Under the pieces are notes generated by a model. The model was not told the DNA's origin, did not search any database, and saw only the letters and a program-made list of their open reading frames with translations. From Hormiphora californensis (taxonomy: Eukaryota; Animalia; Ctenophora), in assembly GCA_020137815.1 (NCBI GenBank), contig CM035361.1:5146001-5210000 (forward strand): a DNA stretch of 64,000 nt, in the 5' to 3' direction. Positions 11,619-22,842 of the stretch are shown in pieces; position 1 is the stretch's first letter; each line of letters opens with the position of its first letter. A program made the translations under genes and the position numbers.

Positions 11619-14600
11619 TTACATCACTTCGTCCATAGGATCAGGTCCTCTCTCCACGGGCAGCTCCCTATCAGATTGCCTGTTTCCCTCCTCTATCCCA
11701 ATCTCCACGGCCTCCCCTGCACCACACCCACACGGGCAGGTCCAGTTGAGAGCGGAACTAAAGACACAACTGACAGGGAGGACCAAGAGCACGGCACACT
11801 CAATCCCAGGAAGGGGGGCCTCATCACGGAGCAGCGACCACACCATGACACACACCCGGAACACCCAGACACCGAGCTTGGTAGCGGCAATTAGACCAAG
11901 CCTGATGTTAGCCTCAGCGGGCCGTTCTTCTTCATCATCCCTGGTGATCTTACAGCACAGCATCCTCAATAGGAAGAGGGAGAGGAAGAGGGAGAGTGTG
12001 GAGAGGTAGATGGTACGGTAGAGGTGAGTGCCACCCTTGAGGGGATCCCCAGTGCAGATGGGCGAGGACCCGTAGTAGTGGAGATCGTGGTAGCTGAAGG
12101 TGTCAGGGCGGTTCGTGAGGGAGGTAAGGGACTCAACCATACCCACAACTGTCGGGTTTGTTTTGTTGTCCTGCACAAAACTGTCATAGATCTTCTGGAG
12201 GTTGGTGGGGTCCCAGTTGACACCGGGATCTTGATCAACTTGCCAAAACGGGTTATCGGGGTTCATTCTCACCCAAATACGGAATGTATCCGACATAATT
12301 CCGTGGTTTGCAATTGGAAGAAGCGCTTGACACACCACAGGGACGGTTAAAAGGATGCCTGCGATGTATGTACCCGGTCCAGGTTTATCGCCACTCCGTG
12401 CACGGGATATCGCAAGAAGGAGGGCTGTAACAAGGGAGCCATGCGAGGAAGCACTGAACAGCACCCCCATCGCCTTACACAAACCTCCAGAGCGCCATTT
12501 GTAGTCATTCAGACAGTAGGTATTGTCGTAGAATGTGTTTGCACCCAACACTATTCCCAGGTAAACACCCATCAAAGACTCGTAGAATGAGAGTTGTGCA
12601 CGAATGAGGCGATCCCAAACGGATGATTCGCTGCACACCATCAGGCTTATGACATTTGCCAGGGCACCACCGAGAATTACAATCACCATGGCAACACACC
12701 CGTGCTCAAGTCCATCTACTGCCAGGATGTACCGCATGTTGGATACGAACCCCCACCTGTCATCACATCCCAGACACTCATCAAATCCGTTCTCACAGTC
12801 AGGATATCCATCACACACATGGTACAGCTCAACCCACGTGATTGTTGGGGTTCTGCTACAGTAAAACCTGGGAAATATGGCATGTGATTTGAACGGAGTT
12901 CCATATTTGGGCATATTTATATTACAATGACGTCATCAAATGACCATATAAGGATATCACGTGATTATACCTGTCCAGGCAGTATGTCTCGTCAACGCCG
13001 CTGGGACAATCAAAGACGCGATCACACGTGTATTCTGTGCCGATTAGAGAATCAGAACACGCAAACGTATAGGGTGTGTCAGGGCTAATGGCAGTGTTCA
13101 CCACCCTCCCACAGTACTCTTTCATTACTTCATCTCTCTTGCACCTGGGGGACGGGGCAGTAAAATCAGGTAGCAGCTTGCGGTGAGACTGCTACTTTAA
13201 CTAGAGAGAGAGAAGGGAAGAGAGACGTGATAGAAAGCGATCCAACTCTGGCTGGTCTTACCAACCAGGAACCGACCGACACAAGTAAACAACCAATCAG
13301 AACTCGTTATTTAGGTCACGTGACTGGTTATCAGCCAATCAGGAAATACTGGCCCCGGACCAGTATTTCCTGATTCGGTCGGTTCCTGATATCCAGTGTC
13401 CAATCCTATATATAATGGCTGCAGACACTGTGTAAAGAACAATTCAACTGCAATACTCACTCGTTGAAGCAAACATCAGTAAAATTAATGCCGATCTCTC
13501 CACGGTATTTCATCTGCATATCAATTGACCGGTGTTTATCCATGCACCTATTTTGTTCTAGAATAAAGAAACCCGATCCGTGCTGCACTGCGTTGCAATC
13601 CATACTACAATGCGTGGGATCTGCAATGTTTGATATATGAGGCTCGACGTGGAGTCCAGAATTTAGTTTCTCTGGTGTAAATGACTGTAACATTGCCCTT
13701 CCTTCGGTTTGGTGAGACAAGCTGTGTATTATGTACCATACAAGAACCGACCGAAACAAGTAAACAACCATTCAGAACTCGTTATTTAGGTCACGTGACT
13801 GGTTATCAGCCAATCAGGGACCAGTATTTCCTGATTCGGTCGGTTCCTGGTACCATACTATTATGATATAATGGTATAATGTACAGTGAGGAAGTTTTGT
13901 TTTCTCCTTCCGGCTGGACAAATGAGTAGACGTAGATTTTATTGTAGAATAACGCTATCAATTTCGGCGCACAGCACCATCTTCAGGCTCAAATTAATTT
14001 GTTTAAAGTAGTGTTGAAAAGTTTCAAACTTTTCAACACTACTTTAAACAAATTAATTTGAGCCTGAAGATGGTGCTGTGCGCCGAAATTGATAGCGTTA
14101 TTCTACAATAAAATCTACGTCTACTCATTTGTCCAGCCGGAAGGAGAAAACAAAACGTCCTCACTGATATGGTCATTTTTTTTTAACTTGTGCAAAATTT
14201 TTTCCGAAAATGACATAAGTTCAGTTTTTTCGACTTTTATCATAGTTTTTGTCAAAAAATATTATTTTGATAATGAACTACATTAGCCGTAGTATTATGC
14301 ACTATGCTGCAGGGACATCACACACACACATCACCCACACACATGATATTGATCAAGCCTGAACAACAGGTTATTGAATCAATCGACCGTTCAACGGTAC
14401 GAGGTGCCATCACTGATTTCGTGCAGTTGATCCGAGGATCACGAATTCAATTAATATGTCGTGATTACTGTTTAATAGCCCAACTGGTCATTCCGAAAAA
14501 TCAGATACAAACACATTAATGTGCTGCACTGTATATGAGTTACTCCAACCCTCCAGTTTCAATGCTTGTTTAACGAAGGAAGTAACCAAGCGATCCACTG

Positions 14601-17600
14601 GATTCGATATATCTAGGCGCATATCATATTGCCACAGTACTGATGTATTAGCACTATCTTTATATCGGATATCTCGAACAGCAACAATCCTTGTATTTAA
14701 ACAGGGTTCTTGCTTTCTAACCAGTTAGGCGTATTAAACAGGGCACGTGTTAAACAGTAATCACGACATATTAATTGAATTCGTGATCCTCGGATCAACT
14801 GCACGAAATCAGTGATGGCACCTCGTACCGTTGAACGGTCGATTGATTCAATAACCTGTTGTTCAGGCTTGATCAATATCATGTGTGTGGGTGATGTGTG
14901 TGTGTGATGTCCCTGCAGCATAGTGCATAATACTACGGCTAATGTAGTTCATTATCATGATATGTGAGCGCTGCAGATAACATGTGCCCTGTTTAATACG
15001 CCTAACTGGTTAGAAAGCAAGAACCCTGTTTAAATACAAGGATTGTTGCTGTTCGAGATATCCGATATAAAGATAGTGCTAATACATCAGTACTGTGGCA
15101 ATATGATATGCGCCTAGATATATCGAATCCAGTGGATCGCTTGGTTACTTCCTTCGTTAAACAAGCATTGAAACTGGAACTCATATACAGTGCAGCACAT
15201 TAATGTGTTTGTATCTGATTTTTCGGAATGACCAGTTGGGCTATTAAACAGTAATCACGACATATTAATTGAAATATTATTTTCCAACGAATATTATGTG
15301 TAAAAGTGTATAGGGAATAGATTTACAGGCAAAATAAATTAAAAACTCACCTCGTGAGGTGCCGGTGACCATGTTTGCAAAAGCGTGTGCCATTCCGTCA
15401 AATTTTAATATTTTTTCCTAAAATTTTCGAAAATATGCTGAAAAATGTCCATAATAAACACCATTAAAATATGTAAGCAAACTTACTCAATCTATGAGGT
15501 GCAACCGGTGTTTAAAGTTACACTGTATACTTACAGCTACTTTTAAGCCCGTAGCACCTCACGTTTCACGACTTTTCCTAGCTAGATACTTGCAGTAGAC
15601 TCAAAACCATCATTTGTACCAAAAAAGTTCCAAAAATTTTGCTCAATGAGTGAGGTGCACCCAAAAAACTGTATTTTCTTCAAACGCTAATTGCACCTCA
15701 CTCAGTGAGTATATAGTTCTGAAAGTGGCCTTAATTTGCTCATATGACATCCCCAAACACTACCTAATCGATTCCAAGGTCATTGCTCAACCTGTGAGGT
15801 GCACTGGAGAAGTAGGTAAAATATGTCATTTTTTGAGGGTCTGCACCTCACTCGCTGAGTAATTTTTAGAGCAAATTTTCGGTAAATCAGGAGGGAAATT
15901 GTCTAATCTTGCTTTATGCCAAGTTTCAATTCTTTATTTACTCATTTGACCCCTAGTGAGTAAACTTTTAGCTCTAAAATCGGCTTGCACCTCACCAAAT
16001 GAGTAAATTTTTCCATGGTTTTCACCTCATCTGATGAGTGAGAAATATCCCCACCATTTCTGAAAGTTTGGAGATTTTTGATCAAACGGTATTTCTACAA
16101 ATCGGGGGCACCTCACGATAGCACCTCACGGCGTAGAAATGCTATAGCACCTCACTGGAGTAAGCTAGAGACTTCGTTCTTTCACTAAATTGAACTTTTA
16201 ATATTTCTCGATTTTTTGAGGTGCTGAGTAAATTTCCAGTGGCAACAGCTATTTTGCTATGATCATTTGAAAAAATTTGGTAGTTGCACAAGTTAAAAAA
16301 AAATGACCATATGCGGCTAATAAACAATCAACCGATCCTTATTCTCGGTATAATGTACACTTGTAATCAGTTACATATATCCGTACCAGGAACCGACCGA
16401 ATCAGGAAATACTTGTCCCTGATTGGCTGATAACCAGTCACGTGACCTAAATAACGAGTTCTGATTGGTTGTTTACTTGGTTCGGTCGGTTCCTGATCCG
16501 TACTTATCATGATTATGAAGTCCGAAAAACAGAAAACAGATGGTCGGACAATAATGGTGAAGTATTCCGAAGTAGCCGTTAAACAACCCGCATCTTTCGT
16601 ACCTGATGTGAAAATATTAGGAAACGATGGTACTATACTCGATATAATATAGCTTGTTCTGTTCTTAAAGAGGGTGGAGCGCACGGAAAGAGGGTCGAGC
16701 AAGGTAAGATTTGGCTTTAGTATTTACCATCGCACGAGGTTTCATCTTCACCCCCCTTACAATCTGGCATCCCATTGCACAAGTTTGCAAATGTTACACA
16801 CCCTTCACCGTCTCTACACTGCATCACCTGTCATATATATGTGAATTTTATATTGAAGTAGATATTGGAGTAGTATATATATGCATTACAGATTGGAGTT
16901 AGGAGTATCACAGTAAAGCAGCGGGGAAAAACGAGCAATTGGAGAGTATTGGAGTGTATTGGAGTGTATTGGAGAATGGAGTGCAGTATTGGAGTGTATA
17001 ATTGTGTGGAGAGAATTTTTGAGCTGACCTCAGACTCGGTGCAGGAACATTCATCAGTTAGACAGTGTGACACTCCATCACACATGAACCTTCTTGGTAG
17101 ACGACACTGCCAATCAATCTAAAGAAATGTAATGAAAACATGGCTAATCAATCAGTAGGAGGTTAACAATAAATTGATAGTTAAATACGGATTAAACAGA
17201 CTATAGCAGGGCTGATTATGTATGCATATTGCATACCCTATTATCAGATTGTCTTGTTCGACCCTCTCAGAACAAAACAGATATATTTACCTCCATGCAA
17301 TCTTGTCCTGAACCATCGTTACAGGTGGACAGTAGGGAGGGATTAAAGGGACAGGTAAAGAATTCATCATCATCTCCATCATTCAGTGGATCTATGACGT
17401 CATTCAGTGGGTCTATGACGTCATTAGTCTGTGTGACGTCACTACCACGGTAAAGAGATATTCCAGCAGTGGGGAAAGCGTTGCACGGCGCATTTTCACG
17501 AAATTCTCTCTCCAAGGGACCTGGGGGAGTTGATAAAATTAAAATTTACCGTTTGATAAAAGTAATTAACTATAATGTTTTCTAAGTAACGATGCTTCTT

Positions 17601-18025
17601 CATCAAAACTCCTGACTGAAAACTGTGATTAATTAAGTTTCAGATCACATTGAACAACAAATGCTCTATAATAATGAGTAAAGCTCATAGTGCAAACTAA
17701 TTTATTGACTTGAAAAACAAGCTAGCAAATGTTTCAGGAACCGACCGAATTAGGAAACACTGGTCCCTGATAACCAGTCACGTGACCTAAATAACGAGTT
17801 CTGATTGGTTGTTTACATGACGTGTAGGTCGGTTCTTGTAGCAAAAGTTATTACCGGGTGAAAGTGCTAGACTAGCCGCATGATCCAATACCCGCCTTTC
17901 AGCACTAATTTCCACCAACACGATCACGATCATCTCAACTAACATAACTCTCCCAGCTGTACCAACCAAATCAGCAAGAAGCGTAAGATGCACTATTTCA
18001 ACGTGTGGCAAGTCCCGGATTCGCT
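11619..18025 (-). CDS. Multi-exon LDLa-repeat GPCR (GRL101/LGR-like, no LRRs seen); 5' end unresolved
   Basis: Exons approx. 17855-18025, 17290-17520, 17029-17118, 16733-16827, 16504-16603, 13461-13620, 12971-13144 and 11619-12868; the junctions checked are phase-compatible. LDLa motifs are CDGVSHCLTDEC, CNGMPDCKGGEDE, CDRVFDCPSGVDE and CDGYPDCENGFDE. The last exon has LGR-type TM motifs (LMGVYL, YC..DYKWRSG..CK.MGV, YYG.SPIC). Confidence 0.75.
13266..13388 (+). mobile_element. hAT-type MITE family H1 (CAGGAACCGACCGA TIR)
   Basis: 14-bp TIRs with internal CCAAT and CACGTG motifs; one of six copies. Confidence 0.85.
13741..13849 (+). mobile_element. hAT-type MITE H1
   Basis: TIRs plus a perfect 8-bp TSD GTACCATA. 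Confidence 0.9.
14020..14062 (+). other. Copy of the ctenophore spliced-leader (SL) exon, not followed by a GT donor; mirrored on the - strand from ~14030 to 13988
   Basis: AGTTTCAAACTTTTCAACACTACTTTAAACAAATTAATTTGAG matches my recollection of the Pleurobrachia/Hormiphora trans-spliced leader, which needs verification. It is followed by CCTGAAGA rather than GT. Confidence 0.8.
14064..14097 (+). ncRNA. Minimal hammerhead-ribozyme core of Penelope type (helix I incomplete)
   Basis: CUGAAGA (14064-14070), stem II GGUGC/GCGCC and GAAA (14085-14088). Only ~2 bp of helix I can form. Confidence 0.55.
14171..16308. mobile_element. Non-autonomous TIR DNA transposon (GG..CC ends, AT TSD; ISL2EU/PHIS-like)
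   Basis: TIR GGTCATTTTTTTTTAACTTGTGCAA at both ends, flanked by AT/ATAT; about a dozen internal GCACCTCA-like motifs. Confidence 0.8.
14269..15271. mobile_element. Non-coding insertion made of two inverted, differently permuted copies of a ~495-bp unit
   Basis: 12-bp TSD AAATATTATTTT at 14257-14268 and 15272-15283; A-B / A'-B' arrangement; ~30-bp direct redundancy 14750-14779 = 15244-15273. Confidence 0.8.
16387..16495 (-). mobile_element. hAT-type MITE H1
   Basis: TIRs plus an 8-bp TSD ATCCGTAC. Confidence 0.9.
17735..17838 (-). mobile_element. hAT-type MITE H1 (diverged)
   Basis: Family sequence with small indels. Confidence 0.8.
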
Positions 18026-18052
18026 ATAAAACTGTCATGCATTCGTTAAATG

Positions 18053-18733
18053 AACTATGAAGGTTTGTAGCGCGGCGCGTTATCAAGTTGGCTGTCGCCA
18101 GCGCGAGCTGGCGATAGCCAACTGGAGTTTAATCGCCCGGCAGGGCGATTAAACTGGTTTAAATCACGACCCCGAACCCGAGGCGCAGCCGAGGGTGAGG
18201 GGGAGGCGATTTAAACCTATAACGTGACAAGCTAACAAACTTTCATAGTTTATGAAACCCGATAGCAATTACACACAAATAAGAGACACAACACAAGGTG
18301 AAACACACTAGGACTGCTGGCAAATAGTCAACAGACACCCTCAAAATGTGTGTAGACGTAGTGTCTACTGTTCCTAACATATTTGAGTAAGAGAGCAAGA
18401 TTGGGGCCAATGCACACAGTGAGAGATGTTTAACAATGAGAGACAATAAGAGAGAGAAACGAATGGAATGCTATTCTTCTGCCTCTTGATGAGAGAGATA
18501 ACATTAAAAAGTGTTGCAAATGTGTTCCCCTCTCTGTTGTTGTCGTTATTGAGTGTTTACACACATTTTCAATCCTCGGAATTTTACACGCACGTTATTC
18601 AAATGAAGAGAAAAGCGTGAAAAGAGGCACTGGTCTGTTAAATCGCGAGCAGGGTGTTAAATCTCCCAGCTGGCAGTTAACATGTGCGCGTAAAATGTTC
18701 AAACGACCGATAAATCAGCTATCGGGTTTCATT
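18053..18733. mobile_element. Two adjacent inverted-repeat-bounded elements (about 18053-18250 and 18251-18733)
   Basis: AACTATGAAGGTTTGTAGC / GCTAACAAACTTTCATAGTT, and ATGAAACCCGATAGC / GCTATCGGGTTTCAT. Confidence 0.55.
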
Positions 18734-18959
18734 ATGTCTTAAAAACTCTCTAGCTGGGTGATGAAGATAATTGCATAACAAAATATCACCAACTTTATGA
18801 GTTTCACCTAACCAATGTCCAATAAGGTGAACTCAAACTACATGATATTCAAGAGATCAGAGAAAAGCTGACATTATATACAATGCATTACGAGGTTGAT
18901 GCTTTTCGCTTTATATGTGCAACTGATACCAATCTGCTGCATAATATTATATATTATCT

Positions 18960-19330
18960 TAGCTGAGCAGCGCCACCAACAAATGGTGTGATTGTTACTA
19001 AAGAGTAAAGAGAGATCGATATATTAACTAAAGAGAGCAAAAGAGAGATTGATATATTATAACTAAAGAGTAAAGAGAGATTGATATATTATAAATAAAG
19101 AGTAAAGAGAGATTGATATATTATAACTAAAGAGAGCAAAAGAGAGATTGATATATTATAACTAAAGAGTAAAGAGAGATTGATATATTATAACTAAAGA
19201 GTAAAGAGAGATTGATATATTATAACTAAAGAGTAAAGAGAGATTGATATATTATAACTAAAGAGAGCAAAAGAGAGATTGATATATCATAACTAAGGTA
19301 AGAACACTTCTAGTTTGTGCTGCTCAGCTA
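18960..19330. repeat. 32-35-bp minisatellite (~9 units, 18998-19297) inside a 12-bp inverted repeat
   Basis: Unit GAGTAAAGAGAGATTGATATATTATAACTAAA, bounded by TAGCTGAGCAGC / GCTGCTCAGCTA. Confidence 0.85.
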
Positions 19331-19630
19331 TCAAGGACATCGAACTAGAAGAAAAGCATAAAAAGGCCATCGAACTATTATTTAGAACATCAAGTTGCAG
19401 TTGGGGGCGATGAGAAAAACAAAGAACCGTTGGATTTGAAGAAAAGTAAAAGATTTATTTTTGTAAGCATCGCGTTATATTAGCGGCTGAAAAGTTGCGA
19501 GAGAAACATCACATTTATAAGATCACAAACTTTTACTGACCTTTTTCTGGTCAACATATTATTGTGAGTCTTCAAGTTCTTTAATATGGGAGCTACTGCA
19601 CTTGTATCGGTGCAGCTTGTTGAGTAACGG

Positions 19631-20030
19631 CCCTAGTCAGAATATAATACGTATTATTTTCAACAATACGTATTAAATACACGCGCAAATATGTATTTAA
19701 TACGTATTAAATACGTATTATAAGCCAAAAATACAGAAAAGCCGCGCATTTAGCACTTGAGCCGCGCCATTAAACGTCCAAGCTGAGGCTGAAAGTCGCG
19801 TTGGATGAACCTAGAGCGCGGGAAAAACAGCAGCAATTCGTAGAAGGGACCAGCTGCAAGAAGAAGAAGAAGAAGAAGAAGAAGAAGAAGAAGAAGAAGA
19901 AGAAGAAGAAGAAGAAGAAGAAGAAGAAGAAGAAGAAGAAGAAGAAGAAGAAGAAGAAGAAGAAGAAGAAGAAGAAGAAGAAGAAGAAGAAGAAGAAGAA
20001 GAAGAAGAAGAAGAAGAAGAAGAAGAAGAA

Positions 20031-20077
<47 letters not shown>

Positions 20078-22297
20078 AGAAGAAGAAGAATCTAAAACAG
20101 GTCCCTGTCCCAATTCAGCTCTGCCACGAATTGCTACTGTGTTCCTCCGTCTTCTAAAACAGGTCCCTGTCCCAATACAGCTCTGCCACGAATTGCTACT
20201 GTCTTCCTCCGTCTTCTAAAACAGGTCCCTGTCCCAGTACAGCTCTGCCGCGAATTGCTACTGTGTTCCTCCGCCTTCTAAAACAGGTCCCTGTCCCAAT
20301 ACAGCTCTGCCACGAATTGCTACTGTCTTCCTCCGTCTTCTAAAACAGGTCCCTGTCCCAGTACAGCTCTGCCACGAATTGCTACTGTGTTCCCCCGCCT
20401 TCTAAAACAGGTCCCTGTCCCAATACAGCTCTGCCACGAATTGCTACTGTCTTCCCCCGCCTTCTAAAACAGGTCCCTGTCCCACTACAGCTCTGCCACG
20501 AATTGCTACTGTCTTCCCCCGCCATCTAAAACAGGTCCCTGTTCCAATACAGCTCTGCCACGAATTGCTACTGTGTTCCTCCGTCCCTGGGACAGGGACC
20601 TGTTTTAGAAGGCGGGGAAGACAGTAGCAATTCGTGGCAGAGCTGTAGTGGAACAGGGACCTGTTTTAGAAGACGGAGGAACACAGTAGCAATTCGTGGC
20701 AGAGCTGTAGTGGGACAGGGACCTGTTTTAGAAGACGGGGGAAGACAGTAGCAATTCGTGGCAGAGCTGTATTGGGACAGGGACCTGTTTTAGAAGGCGG
20801 AGGAACACAGTAGCAATTCGTGGCAGAGCTGTATTGGGACAGGGACCTGTTTTAGAAGGCGGGGAACACAGTAGCAATTCGTGGCAGAGCTGTAGTGGAA
20901 CAGGGACCTGTTTTAGAAGACGGAGGAACACAGTAGCAATTCGTGGCAGAGCTGTAGTGGGACAGGGACCTGTTTTAGAAGACGGGGGAAGACAGTAGCA
21001 ATTCGTGACAGAGCTGTATTGGGACAGGGACCTGTTTTAGAAGGCGGAGGAACATAGTAGCAATTCGTGGCAGAGCTGTATTGGGACAGGGACCTGTTTT
21101 AGAAGACGGAGGAACACAGTAGCAATTCGTGGCAGAGCTGTATTGGGACAGGGACCTGTTTTAGAAGGCGGGGAAGACAGTAGCAATTCGTGGCAGAGCT
21201 GTAGTGGAACAGGGACCTGTTTTAGAAGACGGAGGAACACAGTAGCAATTCGTGGCAGAGCTGTAGTGGGACAGGGACCTGTTTTAGAAGACGGGGGAAG
21301 ACAGTAGCAATTCGTGGCAGAGCTGTATTGGGACAGGGACCTGTTTTAGAAGGCGGAGGAACACAGTAGCAATTCGTGGCAGAGCTGTATTGGGACAGGG
21401 ACCTGTTTTAGAAGGCGGGGAACACAGTAGCAATTCGTGGCAGAGCTGTAGTGGAACAGGGACCTGTTTTAGAAGACGGAGGAACACAGTAGCAATTCGT
21501 GGCAGAGCTGTATTGGGACAGGGACCTGTTTTAGAAGACGGAGGAACACAGTAGCAATTCGTGGCAGAGCTGTATTGGGACAGGGACCTGTTTTAGAAGG
21601 CGGGGAAGACAGTAGCAATTCGTGGCAGAGCTGTATTGGGACAGGGACCTGTTTTAGAAGGCGGGGAAGACAGTAGCAATTCGTGGCAGAGCTGTACTGG
21701 GACAGGGACCTGTTTTAGAAGACGGAGGAACACAGTAGCAATTCGTGGCAGAGCTGTATTGGGACAGGGACTTGTTTTAGAAGGTGGGGGAAGACAGTAG
21801 CAATTCGTGGCAGAGCTGTATTGGGACAGGGACCTGTTTTAGAAGGTGGGGGAACACAGTAGCAATTCGTGGCAGAGCTGTACTGGGACAGGGGCCTGTT
21901 TTAGAAGGCGGGGGAACACAGTAGCAATTCGTGGCAGAGCTGTACTGGGACAGGGACCTGTTTTAGAAGGCGGGGGAACACAGTAGCAATTCGTGGCAGG
22001 CAGAGCTGTATTGGGACAGGGACCTGTTTTAGAAGACGAAGGAACACAGTACTAGCACTTCGCGGCAGAGCTGTATTGGGACATGTGGCAGGGTGAGGCT
22101 GTAGGTAGTATCTGTAACGCGCTTTTGACCTAAAATTGGGTCGGAAGTTGTGCGGCTCGCGATGGTAGCACTTGCTAAATGCGCGGCTTTTCTGTATTTT
22201 CGGCTTATAATACGTATTTAATACGTATTAAATACATATTTGCGCGCGTATTTAATACGTATTGTTGAAAATAATACGTATTATATTCTGACTAGGG
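19631..22297. mobile_element. Satellite-carrying TIR element (CCC..GGG ends, possible 2-bp GG TSD; CMC/EnSpm-like)
   Basis: ~125-bp TIRs begin CCCTAGTCAGAATATAATACG. They enclose (AAG)n at 19858-20090 and a 62-bp satellite in two opposed blocks (20091-20587, ~8 units; 20588-22082, ~24 units). Confidence 0.85.
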
Positions 22298-22621
22298 GGG
22301 TGCAGCAGGCGCCCCATTGTGTTATTCTATAAATAGAACCACCCCGATAATATATTGCTAATATGATATATAATCATCATGTAGGGTCCGCTACTCTTGT
22401 TGATACGCGAGCAACCTGCGAATTGCAATATATTAATGATAAAGTAAAGAAAAATATTAATAATGTCAATATCTTGTGTCGATGCAAGCGAGCGATCGTT
22501 TGTTTATTACTGCTGCGATTCGGACTATGCAAAGCATTCTGTCGCCTCAAACGGTCCAAGGAGTCTAACTCCCGTCCCACGGCCTAACTAAGTAAAAGTA
22601 GAGTTCTCATACAAATCTCGA

Positions 22622-22842
22622 ACAAGGTAACGATTTGCCACTGAGAGATTATTGAGATGAATTTGTTCTGGAAAAAGATAACGTTTTGCCACTGAGAGAT
22701 TATTGAATTTAGTTCGGTCTGGATCAAGGTATAAGGTAACGTTTTGCCACTGAGAGTATCTTGAGATGGGTTTGGTCTGGAAAAAGATAACGTTGCCACT
22801 GAGAGATCCTTGAGATGAGTTTGTTCCGGAAAAGGTAGCATT
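22622..22842. repeat. Degenerate ~55-60-bp tandem repeat (about 4 copies)
   Basis: Recurrent TAACGTTTTGCCACTGAGAGA..TTGAGATG..GGAAAA. Confidence 0.7.

Larger units (their letters stand above)
13886..16346 (+). mobile_element. Penelope-like non-autonomous insertion: inverted pLTR + SL-capped pLTR + 3' tail, interrupted by nested elements
   Basis: 13-bp TSD GGTATAATGTACA at 13873-13885 and 16347-16359. Palindrome 13886-14164 centred on 14025. The CTGAAGA-stem-GAAA...AATAAA layout is typical of Penelope-like element (PLE) pLTRs. A ~40-nt tail lies at 14165-14170 plus 16309-16346. Confidence 0.75.

Noticed and set aside
14020-14170. Functional SL RNA gene
   Set aside because: There is no GT donor after the leader, and it lies inside a TSD-flanked palindromic insertion.
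19801-20157. Poly-Lys / poly-Ser ORFs
   Set aside because: These are translations of the (AAG)n tract.
20091-22082. CRISPR-like regular array
   Set aside because: The units are contiguous 62-bp near-identical monomers with no unique spacers, there are no cas genes, and the context is eukaryotic.
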